From: Camelus dromedarius
Taxonomy: Eukaryota
DNA: 64,000 bases
Reading direction: 5' to 3'
Assembly (NCBI RefSeq): GCF_036321535.1
Contig: NC_087438.1
Coordinates: forward strand, 622,001 to 686,000
Positions 1 to 12,600 of the stretch are shown one piece after another. The position numbers were made by a program, and so were the translations under genes. Position 1 is the stretch's first letter. The number at the start of each line of letters is the position of its first letter. The notes beneath the pieces are model-generated. The model worked only from the letters and a program-made list of their open reading frames with translations. It searched no databases and was not told where the DNA came from.

Positions 1-166
1 CAGCCCCAGACACCCCCTCAGGCTCCTCATGGGCCTGGTCCCGCCCGCCCGGGAGGCCATCGTCCTGTGCTCACACAGCCCTGGGAGGGACTGCTCGTGG
101 GGACAGTCTACTGGCCCAGCGCAGGGGCCCCTGGAGTGCCCCAGCGAGGGTGCCAGGCTCACTCAC

Positions 167-313
167 GCAGGTGCAGCACATGGACACGATGAGGAGGGAC
201 TCCAGGACGCCGGCCGCCCCCACGATCCAGGTCAGGCGCAGGAAGAGGATCACCCCGAGGATGTTCTGCAGGCAGGGCAGGTAGACGCCAATGAAGGTGC
301 CCATGCGGGGACC
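167..313 (-). CDS. SLC12A7: SLC12A7 (KCC4) coding exon 4; gene continues beyond the window start
   Basis: Translates [49 protein letters not shown] (KCC TM1-TM2 signature). Acceptor ttccag| (314-315), donor |GTGAGT (165-166); 147 nt, phase 0/0. Confidence 0.97.
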
Positions 314-3050
314 CTGGAAGAGAGCACAGCGGGTGGGTTCCGGGGGCCGCCAGCCCCTCCCCTGTCTCCCCCAGGAGCCGAATCCACAGCGTGGGCCCTG
401 GGGGCCGCGACGAGGTCGGGGGATGGGAGGGCGAGGAAGGAGACCAGCAAAGCGCACAAGCTTCAGTTACAGGGAAAATGGGAGAAGCAAGAGCAAGAAC
501 CCTGGCTGCCCAAGAGTGGGAACCACGCCAGCGGGCAGACGGGGGTGCAGGGCTTGGCGCCTCCTCTGTGGGAAGGTGGGCGTGTTGGGGTGAATGGGGA
601 ACAAGCTGCCCCAGGCTCTGTTCACTGCACCCGCAGCCCAGATAGAGCCTCCGGAAACCAGACATGAGGGAAACGAGACAGAGAGGAATCCTTAGGGTCC
701 AGCCATCGTTCCCAAAACATCAGGAAGTACAGAAACACCAAGTCCAGACAGAAGTCTACAGCATCTTGCCCACTTGGTGGGAGCGACCAAGGGACCCGGA
801 GCTCAGAGAAGGCACACTCCGGAGTCACCCCTCCCCAAAGGGCCGCCCAACGCGGGGTGACGTCGGGGAGGGCGCCTGACTCAAACATCTTCCGCAACCT
901 GGAAAGGCCACAGCCAAGCAAACCAGCCCAGAGGAAAGCTCGGGGACAAGGCCAGGGGCCTGCCCGGCCTGCCCAGCGCCAGCGCGACACCGCAGCTGGG
1001 CAGCACACCCGTGCCCAGCAGGTGATAAAAGCTGCTGTGGGTCTGCAGCCTGCACGCAGGGCAGGCGTGCACGGTCCTGGGGGCTTTTATCCGCACAACA
1101 GGCGGCAGCAGCGCCAGCTCTGCTTCATGGTCTCAGGGAGCGCGAGACACCGGATGCAACCCCTCCTGTCTGAGCGGCAGCAGGGCCCCCGCCCGGCCTC
1201 AGGCCCAGCTCGTGCAGGGCTGTTCTCTGTCCAGTGGCTGAGATGACCTTGAGTTGTCCTGAAAGGCCGGATGGGGCCTCCAACCCTCTCATAAAAGGCA
1301 GCTTTGAGGGTCAATCTGACCCGGTCACAAGGCCCATGATGCCAGGGCCACCCGGGCCCTGGAAAAGGTGCCTCTTGGGGGACCAGCACCTCACCTCTGT
1401 GCCAGCTGGTCAGACAGACATGCAGGGGGCTTCCGCCCTCTCACCCCAGGGGACCGACACTCAGTCCTAAGTGGGGCTCCGGTTCATCCCCACCAAACCC
1501 ACCCAGCTGGCCACACAGCAGTTGTGCTGAGGGTTATGGGCAGCAGCTGGGTCCCTCCTGGGGCAGAAGCCCAGCTGTGGCACCTGGTCCCAGGTCACCG
1601 GGGACGGAGGCCGGGCAGCTGCCTGCCCCAGGGCAGGTACTTTAGGCCCTGCCCTGCCCATGCTGTGTGCTGTGTGCAGATTCCACAGCCTGGACAGGGC
1701 TCACAGCACAACTTACAGCAGCAGTGTGGGCTGCATTTCCATCTGTGCGTGAGGAAGGCTATGGGGAGACCCGGCAGTGGGCTGGGGCCACGGGCAGAGG
1801 CCGGGGGTCGGTCCTGGGAGCTTTTCCCCAGAGCAGGGCAGGGCTCCCCTGGGACACGATCTCCGACAGACAGACAGAGGGACAGACATGCAGCACAGGG
1901 ACAGCCTGTGGCTCCCATGGTCCAGAGCCAGAGCAAGAGCCTGAAACCCCAGAAATGTGCCCGGAAGCAGTTCACCCACAACCACGGCAGTGGTCACCTC
2001 CCAGCGTGGCAGCGTCCCCCACTCCCGGGAAGGCCCCAGGGAGGTCCTGGTGGGGGTCCACTGAAGTGGCCTCCGCCCCTCTGCCTGGGGAGGGCAGCCA
2101 GCGCGAGGCTGGACAGGAGCGCGCTCCAGGCTGCCCAGTGGAGGCCGAGACCCCACATCCCGCCTCTGTTACGTCCTCCCGAACAACAGGTTCTTCCCTC
2201 GCACAGGCGCCCTCAGGTGCACAGGACGCAGCCTGCAGCCTGCTGGTTTACAGGAGGAGGAAAGAGAGGGGGTGCTTGCCCGTGGCCCGACTTCTGACGG
2301 CCGCGGGGGGCCGGGGTCAGTCTGGACCAGGCATGAAGGAGGCCCTCGGGGAGCCAGGCACCTCGGCCCAGGGATGGACGGACCAGCAGGGCAGGGAGGT
2401 GGCCAGGGTCGCCCGCCAGCTTTGTCTCAGCATCCGAGCTGGGGGCCACCCCTCAAGGCAAGCCGGGGCTCAGGCCACACCTGCCCTCCTCCTGCTCCCT
2501 CTGAGAACAGGACCTGCAGCCTGCTCTCCAGCTGAGAGCTGGGGAAAACAGAAGGAAATGTTACTGCTGAGGACTGGGACAGCCGAGCCGCCTGCAGCAG
2601 AGTCGAAGAGGGTAAAAACCGCTGTGAGAGGCCAGGTTTTTGGTCAAGATTCCAGAGAGGAAGGGACGAGCATAACTCTTCCGGAAATTGGCCTGAGGTG
2701 TTTTTCCTGAGCACCCTCCCGAGTTACCGCAGGCAGGGCGGGTGTCCGGCCCCGGCCGCCCCAGCCCCACGGCCCCTCTCCTGAGCAGCTCCATGCTTCC
2801 AGGTGCGGCTCCTACAAAGCCTCCCCAGCAGCATCCTCGCTCAGAGCCCTCAGGGCTGCGTGGCTTCACCTGGCACAGATTCCCAGAAATAACCAGTAGG
2901 AAATAAAGCTCCGAGGAAGATGGGTGCAGGGTAAGTCCCACGATGGGAGACAAAGTGGGGGGGGGGGCCAGGAGTCCCGGGGGGAGGGGGGCCCAGGGCG
3001 GTGCGGGCCCAGGAGTCCCGGGGCGGCGGCGGGGCGGTGGGGGGCCCCAC

Positions 3051-3173
3051 CTTGGCCTCGCGCCGCCGGCTGTCCTCGGCCTCCTCGTGCTCCACGACGC
3101 CCTGGCTCAGGTTGGTGTAGTTGGCCAGCTTGTTGAGCAGTGAGGACACCATGGGGTTGCTGTCCATTTCCTC
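3051..3173 (-). CDS. SLC12A7: SLC12A7 coding exon 3
   Basis: [41 protein letters not shown] (conserved KCC N-terminal segment). Acceptor aaacag|, donor |GTGGGG; 123 nt, phase 0/0. Confidence 0.97.
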
Positions 3174-3579
3174 CTGTTTGGGGCCAAGACGTGGAGCTAG
3201 ACACTCACCCCCAGCCAAGACGCCCCCAGACCAATGGGATTGACCACCCAGTGGGGACCCTGCCGACTCCGGGGCTGTCTGGGGCCTCAGCTCCACCTGC
3301 CCTGAAGTCAACAGACCTGAAAGGGGTCTGAGGCCCCAGACACGCGCTCGGCAGGTCAGAGTCAGGGGCTCGAGGACACGCTGAGTGGGGCCACCAGCCG
3401 AGAGGGAGGCCGGGGGTCCCCAGACGGCCCGGATTCAGCTTCTCTGAGGGGCTCCCTAAGGCCTCTGTATGACCCGCGTTTCTCCATGATACTGGGGGCC
3501 TCGAGACCACGGCCTCTTTTCTTGAACTAACCACAGCTTCTCTCGCACCTCCTGCTCCGAAGGGGAAAGTGCGAGTTAC

Positions 3580-3674
3580 CTCAAACAGCGCCATGTTCTT
3601 TCGCTCAAAGAGACTCTCCCTGTCCACCTCGACGCCGTGAATGAACGGGCTGTTCTCCCTGGGGGTTCCATCTC
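3580..3674 (-). CDS. SLC12A7: SLC12A7 coding exon 2
   Basis: (G)DGTPRENSPFIHGVEVDRESLFERKNMALFE. Acceptor ccctgcag|, donor |GTAACT; 95 nt, phase 1 in / phase 0 out. Confidence 0.96.
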
Positions 3675-6600
3675 CTGCAGGGAGAGATCGGTCAGTTTCG
3701 GAAGGGACTGAAGGAGGCCCCGAGGGGCCCTGGGGAGGGGCTTCCTTGCACGCCTCTGACTCTCGGGGCAGGAGGCCCGGGCAGGAGACAGTCAAGGACA
3801 GCGCTCCTCCCACCAGGGCTTCAAGCCCCACCCGCACCCTTTCAAGTCCGCAGACCCCAGATTTGCTGAAATTCCCAGGATAAACGTCCCAGGACCAGCA
3901 GCTCCCGAGAGCCCGGCCGTGACCGTCCACGGTGGACGGGGCGGCACGAGGTTTGATGTCTGTTTCGACAGCAGCTGTGGGTTTCCAACTCCTCTGATCC
4001 CGTCGGTTTTGGTGGCCTCACCGGTGATTCCCCCACGGGGCTGTCACGGAGCCCAAGTGGCAGGTGGCCCAGGGCTGCCCTGCTGTCTTCATGGCTGTTT
4101 CTGTCCAGAGGGCCTGACCCTCCAGCCCCAGGCTCGAGTGTATCAAGGCCTCACCGTGGCCAGACCACAGAGGAACAAGGGTCAGCCCCAACTCAGTCTA
4201 CAACGCTCCCAGACCCTCAAACACTGGCCCGACCGCATGCTCCAAATTTAAAGTTTAGAGAAAAACCAAAACGGCATGGCTCTGATCCCCAGCCCTGCCC
4301 ATCCCACTGCAACGGGGCAACGCCATCCCAGAAGCCACCCGCAGGGACAGGCCGGACTCAGAGAGCAGTGGGGCTGGGACTGCCTGCACCCCTGTCTGAC
4401 CCTCCAAGTAAGCACCACCCATGGGCCTGGGGGCCCCACAAGGCCTTCTGCTTGCAGCCTAACCCCACATCAGAAGGACCAAGGGAGGACGCCAGGGAAA
4501 GGTGTCCAAAACCGGCTTCTCTCAGGCCCCTGGGGCTCCGAGCCGACCTGAGCATCAGGCCCCCAGGGTCTCCGGGCCGACCTGAGCATGAGCTTAGCAG
4601 GGAATCACCGGCCCACACAGGTCCGGCCGGGGGTGACTGGCCATGGCCTGACCTCCTGACAGACTCCCCAAAGAGACGGGCAGGGCACTGAAGTGTGACG
4701 CTCAGGGAGGTGACGCCCGCAGTCCGTCCTCACGGAAGCTCTAGGTTATGTCCTCGGCCTCTCACAGGGAGACAACGCCAGGGGCCTTGGGGGTCCAGGG
4801 CCATGGCCCTTCACCCCCTCTCAGCCGACCAGTGCCCCGAAATCCCACAGACCCCGCTCAGCCCCACACCCACCCACCAAGGCCTCCCGGACCCTCCCCA
4901 GAAGGTTTCCCAGGGCTCCACCCGTGGGGCCACATGACAGCAGACCCCTGCCCACTGCTGAACCCCGGGTGCCTCCTCACTGCCAGGCCCCAGCTACCAA
5001 TGTGGGAGCAGCACGGGCAGAAGCCCTGCTGGACCCTGAGCCGCAGTGATGGTTTGGGGCAGAAACTGCCTGCAGACTCAGGGAACCCGGTGGGAGGTGG
5101 AGGGAACAGGGCAGGGACTGCACCCAAGGCCCACAGGGAACCGACTCAGTACAACGGGGGTGGCAGGGGGTGCAGGGCAGTGCCAGGAGGAGAGACCCAC
5201 TCACCCACGCTGGGGCCAGGTAAACACGCGGTCACAGCTGACCGATACCCGGAGACACAGTGTCCCTGAGCCCCATCACAGGGAAGCCCCAAGCAGACCC
5301 ACGGGAAGGACAACCTTCAGCACCGGCCCTCCTGGGGGAGCCAAGAGAGAACCAGGCCGGCTCCAGAAAGTTCCGGAGGAAGGAGGGCGAGGACCGGCTC
5401 CTCAGGTGAAGGGCATCACCGGGCTGAGGGTGGGAACCGTGTCAGACCTTCAATCAGGGCAGGCTTCCCACCTTGGTGACTGCACCGCAGGGATTGTGTG
5501 TTTTAGTAAACACGCCCAGAGAGGGCGTCAGACCAGCGCTGTATCCTCAGCGGTTAGGGAAGGTTAGGAAGGGTGTGAGACGGGGCAGCAAAGGAGACGC
5601 AAGCACGCGGCCACACCAATACGCGGGCCCAGGACACGATTCCCTGCTCCTCCTGGAAGTTTTCTGGAGCCTAAACTAGGTCCAAACAAAGCTTGAAAAT
5701 ACAAATACATTCAAATAAGAAAGAAATAATTTCTAAAAGTCCTCTCCCCACACCACCTCGGCCCCTGGCCGGGCCTCCTTCCTGTTCTGCTCAGCATCCT
5801 TCCCCGGTAAGAACGACTTTATTTTCCGGTAAGAACCATCCTTTTCCTGGGACAAGAAATCAGCGGCTCCAACCAGTAAACGGAAGATGAAGAAAGCTCT
5901 CTCCAGAACAGACTCGAGGACAAGCAGGCCGGGGCACGGCCGCCCCCCGGGGTGGGGGCGGGGAGAGGGCCGACCCAGTTTTGGGTTCGCCCTCTGCCAC
6001 GACCTTGGACAAACTCTTGGCTCCTCGTCTCCTGCTTCTGGTCCGGGGAGGGGCGGCAGAGCGGGCAGGGCCTCCTCGCAGCGCAGCTGTGGGCAGCACA
6101 GCCTGGGCCTGGGGGGATCTCCAAGGTTCACCTGAGCACCCGCCAGACTCAGGGAGGGCACCTGCAGCGACGTTAAAGCCACAGAAGCAACATCTTTCCC
6201 GGAGCATCTGATGCTCCCGGAGCCGCCGGCTGGGAAGGCCAGTCACGACCTTGTGAAAGGAGAGCTGAGACAGCCCGCCCGCCTTCCCGCCGTGACTGAG
6301 AGCACCCAGAAGGGAGGACTCGAAAGGAATGGAACAGGTGAGAAGGGCACCGTGAACGCTCCCCGGGACCCGGAACGACCGGTTCGCGTCAGTGCACGTC
6401 AGCAACTTATCACACACAGGAGACCCGAGGACCGAGACAAGGAACGGAGAGATGAGGCCCCACGAGACCAGGACGGCCACGACCCAGCGTGGACAGTGGC
6501 CGGTCGCGTGTGCGCAGGAAGCCCAGCACCCGACTGTGAACCTCAGCTTTGCCATTCTGCTGCTGATTTATGGCCAGAGTAACACGTACGCTGCGCACAG

Positions 6601-9600
6601 AAAGTGGGGGGGAAATTCTCACAAAATAAACAGGTAACAGCACACGCCCTCAGCGTCGGGGGCGATCCCTCCCGCTGGGGGCCGCACCAGCCACACAGCA
6701 GCCCTGCTGCCAGGGTGGCCGTCTTCATCACCAGCCCTTACAGGGAACACACTTCATTTCTCAAGGACCACTTCTCCAGCCAGTCAGCCCCCAAGGACGT
6801 TCTCACAAACGGAAAGGAAACCCGTCTGGGAGAGGGTTTCCAGGCAGAGGCCACAGGCACAGGGCAGCAGCCCCGGGCGGCAGCCGACTCCTCGGTTCTG
6901 CCGGAGGAAGACTTGGCTAAAAACCAAACACTTCTACCTGAGGGCCTCACCTGCACTTTCGTAAAAACGGAAACACCGGTGACCCGTTACCTGGGTGAGT
7001 TTCAGCGTCTCCTCATTGCCTTCACCACTGGAGGACACGCAACTTGCAGCTGTCACTTTTCAGGGGAGGACAGGTTACAATGAAAATCTGCACATAGGAA
7101 ACCACAGTCCCCAAATCCCCAGGGCCTGATCCTTTCACATACGCAGGGGGCTCTGAAGGCCCCACCCCTCTGTGGACTCTGACAGCACCAGGCACGACCC
7201 TGCCGGGTCTGGTCGCTGCTCCAAAGGGCAGGGGTCCTCCTCTGCCAAGACTCTGTTTTGGGGAAGGGGTCACTCACCTGGGCCTGTGCCCCCTTCATCA
7301 CTCCGCTCGTTCATGACATGAGGACGTAGGACAAGCCTGAGTGGAGGAAATCCTGGGGGTGCAGGTGCTGGAGGGCGGCTGGTCTCACCAGCCCTCCTGG
7401 GACGGGTCCCCCATGGTACCCCTGTCAGGCACGCACCCCCGAGGTCGCCGGGTGCCTGAGCCACACAGTGGCTGCCGGGTCACATGAGGAGGCAGGGCCC
7501 CACAAGGGTCAGGTATCCTGGGCCAAGGCAGCTAGGAGGGTAGGACACACATCTGCTGTCTCTGGGCAGGAGTGCTCAGGACAACGGCCCGGCGCGGCCA
7601 CGGCCATCAGATTTTTAACCACAGACACGGCCTGGAGGCTCCCTCCACCGGCCAGGTCCTGACTCGCCTACACAGCCAGGCTCAGACGCAGCTTTAAACC
7701 TGCTCACTTCCTGTGACAGATGCGACTCTGGTGCCCACCCCACAGAAATCGCAACCCACGTGATCAAAGGTTGCAGGGCGTGCGTCCAGCCATGTGGGTG
7801 CAGCGGGCGGGTGGCCCCGTTGTGACTCGAGCCCCCGTGGAGCTGGGGTGAGGGTGGGGCCAGGCCGGCGGCTCACTCCTCTCATCATCCAGGAAACGGT
7901 CTGACTCAGTTTTAAAACGAGGATCCTTCAGCCAATAGAACCCGCGTGGAACAAACAAGGCTCAGAATGTCACGCCACCCCTCGCAAGGGCCTGCCCGCG
8001 AATGCCTCAAAACGACGGGGCTCCCAGCGCCAGAGACGCCCCTGGGGGAAAGAGAGGGCCTAAGGGCACCTAGGATCCAGGGTGACGGCAGGGACCTGGG
8101 AGCTCTCACCGACACAGCCCCACGTGCTGGCACCAGTGGGGCGTTGGCACCCGTGCGCAGGGCGCTGCCTCGTCAGGGACCCCAGGAGCCTGTGACGGTC
8201 CCCCCCGCCCCCCCCCACAGGTGGTGAATTCAGCAGAAAAGCCACCAGAATCCAAACACCTAAAGACACTGCACACCAGCGCCACGTGGCCTGAGCACGG
8301 GCCGCTGGCACGGGCCCCAGGCCCTGGGCCACACAGCTGGCTCTGGACCCCCACGTCCACTCACACCCGTTCTGCCCTATAGGACGTGGCGGCCACACGC
8401 TGTCATTCATCTTTCCACACCTTTGAAACGCAGCGTGGCCCCCAGAGACGGGGCCGGCTGAGAAGCAAAACCAGCTGTGGTGACTGGTCCCAGGCCGAGG
8501 AAGAACTCCTAAAACCAGGCCTCACGGGTTCAAAGGCGAATGAGAAGGCTCGGGGAGGGGGGCTGGACTTGATGTCGTGTTTCCTGTGAACAAATGCAGC
8601 AGGAGAAGAGGGGCTTCCCTGGGGAACCAGCCTGGTGACAGCGGGCGCCTTGTCAAACGGTGAGAATTCAGCCCTCCGGGGGCTTCCTCCAAACCCACAC
8701 CCGGCCAGCACCGCTCAGAGCGGCCCAGGGCACAAAACAGGAGGGTCTGAGACACGCTCACGGCCCAAGAGGGGCCTGCGGAGAGCCGCCTCCCCTCTCT
8801 GGTGCCCCCGTGCTTGCCAGCCCTGGGAAGCCCGAGGAAGCCAGGCCCTGGTGTCCACACACCCGCTGGGCTCCCTCAAAGTCTAAGGGAAGTTCCAGCA
8901 GCACCTGGGAAACGCGCACCCTGAGCCCATCCAGCCCCAGAGGTCATGGCTCTGGACGGGGGATGGCGGCCAAGCAGGCACTTCCTGACTGACAGCAACG
9001 CAGCTGGGCCTCCGACCAGCCCTCCCAGAAATGGATGGGACGGCCATTGAGAACCCAGGGCTCAGGGAGCCAACACGGGCCAGGAAGGGGTCAGCAGGCA
9101 GGGCCCTCGGCCCTGACCCCCATCCCAGTGAAGGCAGCGGCAGGGCAGCTCTGCACAAGCTCATCACAGACGCTCTGAGAAGGCCCCGCGCCCGCCAGTG
9201 CTAGCCACGCAGCCGCGCGGACCCTCCCCAACCGAGACCGGACGCGGCCCAGAGCACAGCAGCCACCCCACCTCCGTGTGCCCGGCCCCGCGGAGACGCG
9301 GACCACCCCCGACACCGCAGCCCAGAAGGCCCCCGCCCAAACCCAGAGGAGGCCTCTGCTCTTTTTCCCACATCGGTTTTGATGCCCAGTTTCTGGCTCC
9401 ATGAAATGCAAACTTAACTCTGACATCAGTAAACATGAAGTGCTGAGCAGAGACAGCACGCGACGTGGTGCTCTGGGCTACGGGGTGGGAACAGGAAGCT
9501 GCCGGGCACGCTGGGCCGGTCCCTGGAGAAGAGCATGCGTCCTTGGCACCGGCGAGTGACGGCAGCAGAGCCTTCTGTGGGGCGGGAGGCACAGGGCCGG

Positions 9601-12600
9601 AGGGGAGGTTGCCCCAGCTCAGCATCAAAGCAGCGCTGTTAGACCCCCGTCCAGCCGGGTCCTGGGAGCCCAGTCAGCGGTCTGCTGTGGACGCTTGGTT
9701 GAGTCCCTCGTTACAGCCCCCATCAGCCTCCCCATCTCCACGCACCACCTCCTCTCCCGTCTCCCACTCCCGGCATGCCAGCGCTCTCTGCCCCGAGTCC
9801 TCCCCCTCCAGGACTGGCTTGGGATTTTACCACCATCTCTCCCAGGACGGCTCCCAGGGGAGGGGCAGGCAGGGCCCTGAGCCAGACAGCTTCCCAAGGG
9901 TCAGCTGGGCCTGGCCACCATCGGCAGCACGGCCCCTCCCTGCCATCAAGGGCAGGGTCTGCCCTGTGGCACTGGCAGTGGGGGAGGGACACATGATCTC
10001 CTGGGGTGCTGCCAGCAGAATGGGGCCCGTCCCCGGACCCCAGGGCACCCATATAACCACGTCCATGGTGGCAGGTTCTCTTTGCAGTGATCAAGCACTG
10101 GAATAGAGTCTGAGGTCAATTCCTGACGTCTGGCCCTTGCCTTCTGCCTGCGCAGCCAGGATCAGTGCTGGAATCTGAAATCCAGCAGCCTGGCAACCTG
10201 GGCGGTGGGAGTCCCCGAGGGACATGGGCTGAGAAGAAACAGCTCTGTGTCCAGGCCCAAGGCCAAGAGTCCCCATGCTGTTAACAGCAAGTTTCTGGTT
10301 AAAACAGAAACCCATTCTATGGCAAAAACAGAGGAAACATTGAGAATCCAGGAATCACCCACAGCCCTCCAGCTAGATGTGGCTGCTTGCCTGTGGCATC
10401 CCCTGGAGGGCAGGCCAGCCTCTCTCATCCTGGGTTTCCAGCGGGAGAGGCATCTGCCCGCAGGTGGGAGCCCAGAGGACAGAAGGGACGCACCCCTTGT
10501 GCCCTTGGACCTGGTCCCCCCAGAGCCTCCACGTGTCCCTGCTGGACCTCGCATGGCCTGCGGGGTCACTGTGCCATCCTACACAGGACCAGACACCCAG
10601 AGACGCTTCTTCCCAAAGGCCCTGATGTGTGACTCTGGGCACAGGCCCTCCTGCCCTGCCCTCCAGCCTCCTCCAGCAAACACAGCCCTGCTGCTCAGGA
10701 CTAAAGGCAGCAATGTCCAGGCCCAGGGACCAGGGCGGAGGCACGACTTGTCCCCATGCCAGGGGCCCCAGACCCGAGTGACAGCCACAGGCACCTGGAC
10801 ACCGGAGCCCAGCACCTGGCGGGGGGGGGGGGGGACATGCCACTTGGAGAGGTGGCAGGGCTTGTCACAGCACCTCTGCAGCTTCCCTGAAGGGACTCAG
10901 CCCTCACTTCCAGAAGCATCCTGTCTCCAGCAACCCCTGACACCAGGCAGTGCAGCCTCAGGGCAGAAGCCACCTGGCCCAGGTATATCCCCCGCACACC
11001 CCCACCCAGCATGTCCCACAGGGCTCCCACCACCACTGCCCACCCCACAGCCCTGGGGTGAAGGTTCTCCTTGGGGGCTCTGAGAGGAGTCAGGAAGGCT
11101 CTGGACGCTGGAGGGACGTGGCCACCCTTCAACCAGGACTAACACTGCCACCACTGCCTCTGGCCACCACCAGCTTCCTCTGCCCCCAACCAGAGGGCCT
11201 CGGCCCAGCAGTTGAGCCAAAGACTCAACTTTCAGTGGCTCATCCCACTGAAACCTGACACTCGCACAGTCGGGAAAGCAAGGGAAGAGGCACTCAGCTA
11301 CAAAGAGGCACCAGCACGGAGAAACCACGTGGACACGCACCCACACGTTAACACACGTGCACGTGCACACAGGCATGGCCGGGACCATGGCTCCGAGACC
11401 TGCTCAAGAGCAGAGCCTGTCTGGGGACTTCCCGTCTACAGGACACGCCCTCCCAAGCTGGACCTGCCCCCTCCGGGGAAACAGCGGGGCTGAGCCTCCG
11501 GTGGACTCCGGGAACCGGCTCCCGCCACTGCTCGGTCCCACGGCTGCCTGCTCACGGTCTGGTCTGCCCTCCCCGTCCTCGGGTGGCAGTTGTGATCCGA
11601 GCCCCGGGGTGGGATGCCGATCAGGGCGGAAGGGCTGGCCCTGCTGCAGGCAGAGGCAGGAGGCGGGCGGCCAGGCCCCCACCAGCCCCCCGGGGCGGCT
11701 CCCGTTTCCAACACAGGCTCCTGTCTGGCTGTGGTCGAGACCCTTCGTCAGATGAAAGAGGAAACCCAAGAACCATCTGGCGCTTGTCTCCTCTGATTTC
11801 GGCTCAACGTGATCCCTCCCCAGTGACCGTCCTGAGAGCCTCCCTGAGAACCCAGGCCTGACCCGCAGGCGCCATGACCGGACGGAGCCCAGGACGGGGC
11901 CACCCCTGGGACAGGCCGGCTCCAGGAGAGAGAAACGAACAGGAGGACACTCTGGATGGCCATGGGGTTCACGTGGACAGCGGGGGTGCCCCCACCTTGC
12001 GGACGGCGCCAGGCTACCACCACGTGCTGCCCGCGCACGCGGATGCCCAGACAGGCTGGGCTGCAACACGCTGCCTGACCAGCTCAGAGCGGCTGCAGGC
12101 CGGGCGGACTGAAAGTGATTCCGGCTACGCATGGTGAACGCAGGCTCAAGGGGGCCATCCAGCTCTCCTCCCAACACCCAACAGAGACTCCCCAGGGGCC
12201 ACATGCACACGGAACCAGGACCATCGGGGATTTTGCTCCAGAGGAACTCAGAACCCAGAAGGCAGGAAACTCGTAACTGCCGCCTGACCACGATCACGGG
12301 TCTCACCCCAGGCCACACGTAGCTCAGAAATGGCACCTCCACGGCCCCCCCAGTTGCGTTCTCAAATAGAGACCACCCGAGGGAGGAAAGGGGAAACAAA
12401 CCGCGGCAGCAGCCGGAGCAGAGGCGCCAGGGCCTCGCCTCTGAGCCCCGCGCGGATGCCGAGACCCCGGCAAGGCCCCAGCACCAACAGCTCACACCCT
12501 GCCCAGCCGGGCGCCCAGCCCTGCTGACACCCTGCCCCGGCCGCCACAGGGCCCCCGGCAGGAGGCTCTGGGACCCACTTGGCACCTGCAGCCACGCTGG

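Noticed and set aside
29..667. 212-aa + strand ORF
   Set aside because: Antisense shadow of SLC12A7 exon 4 plus intron.
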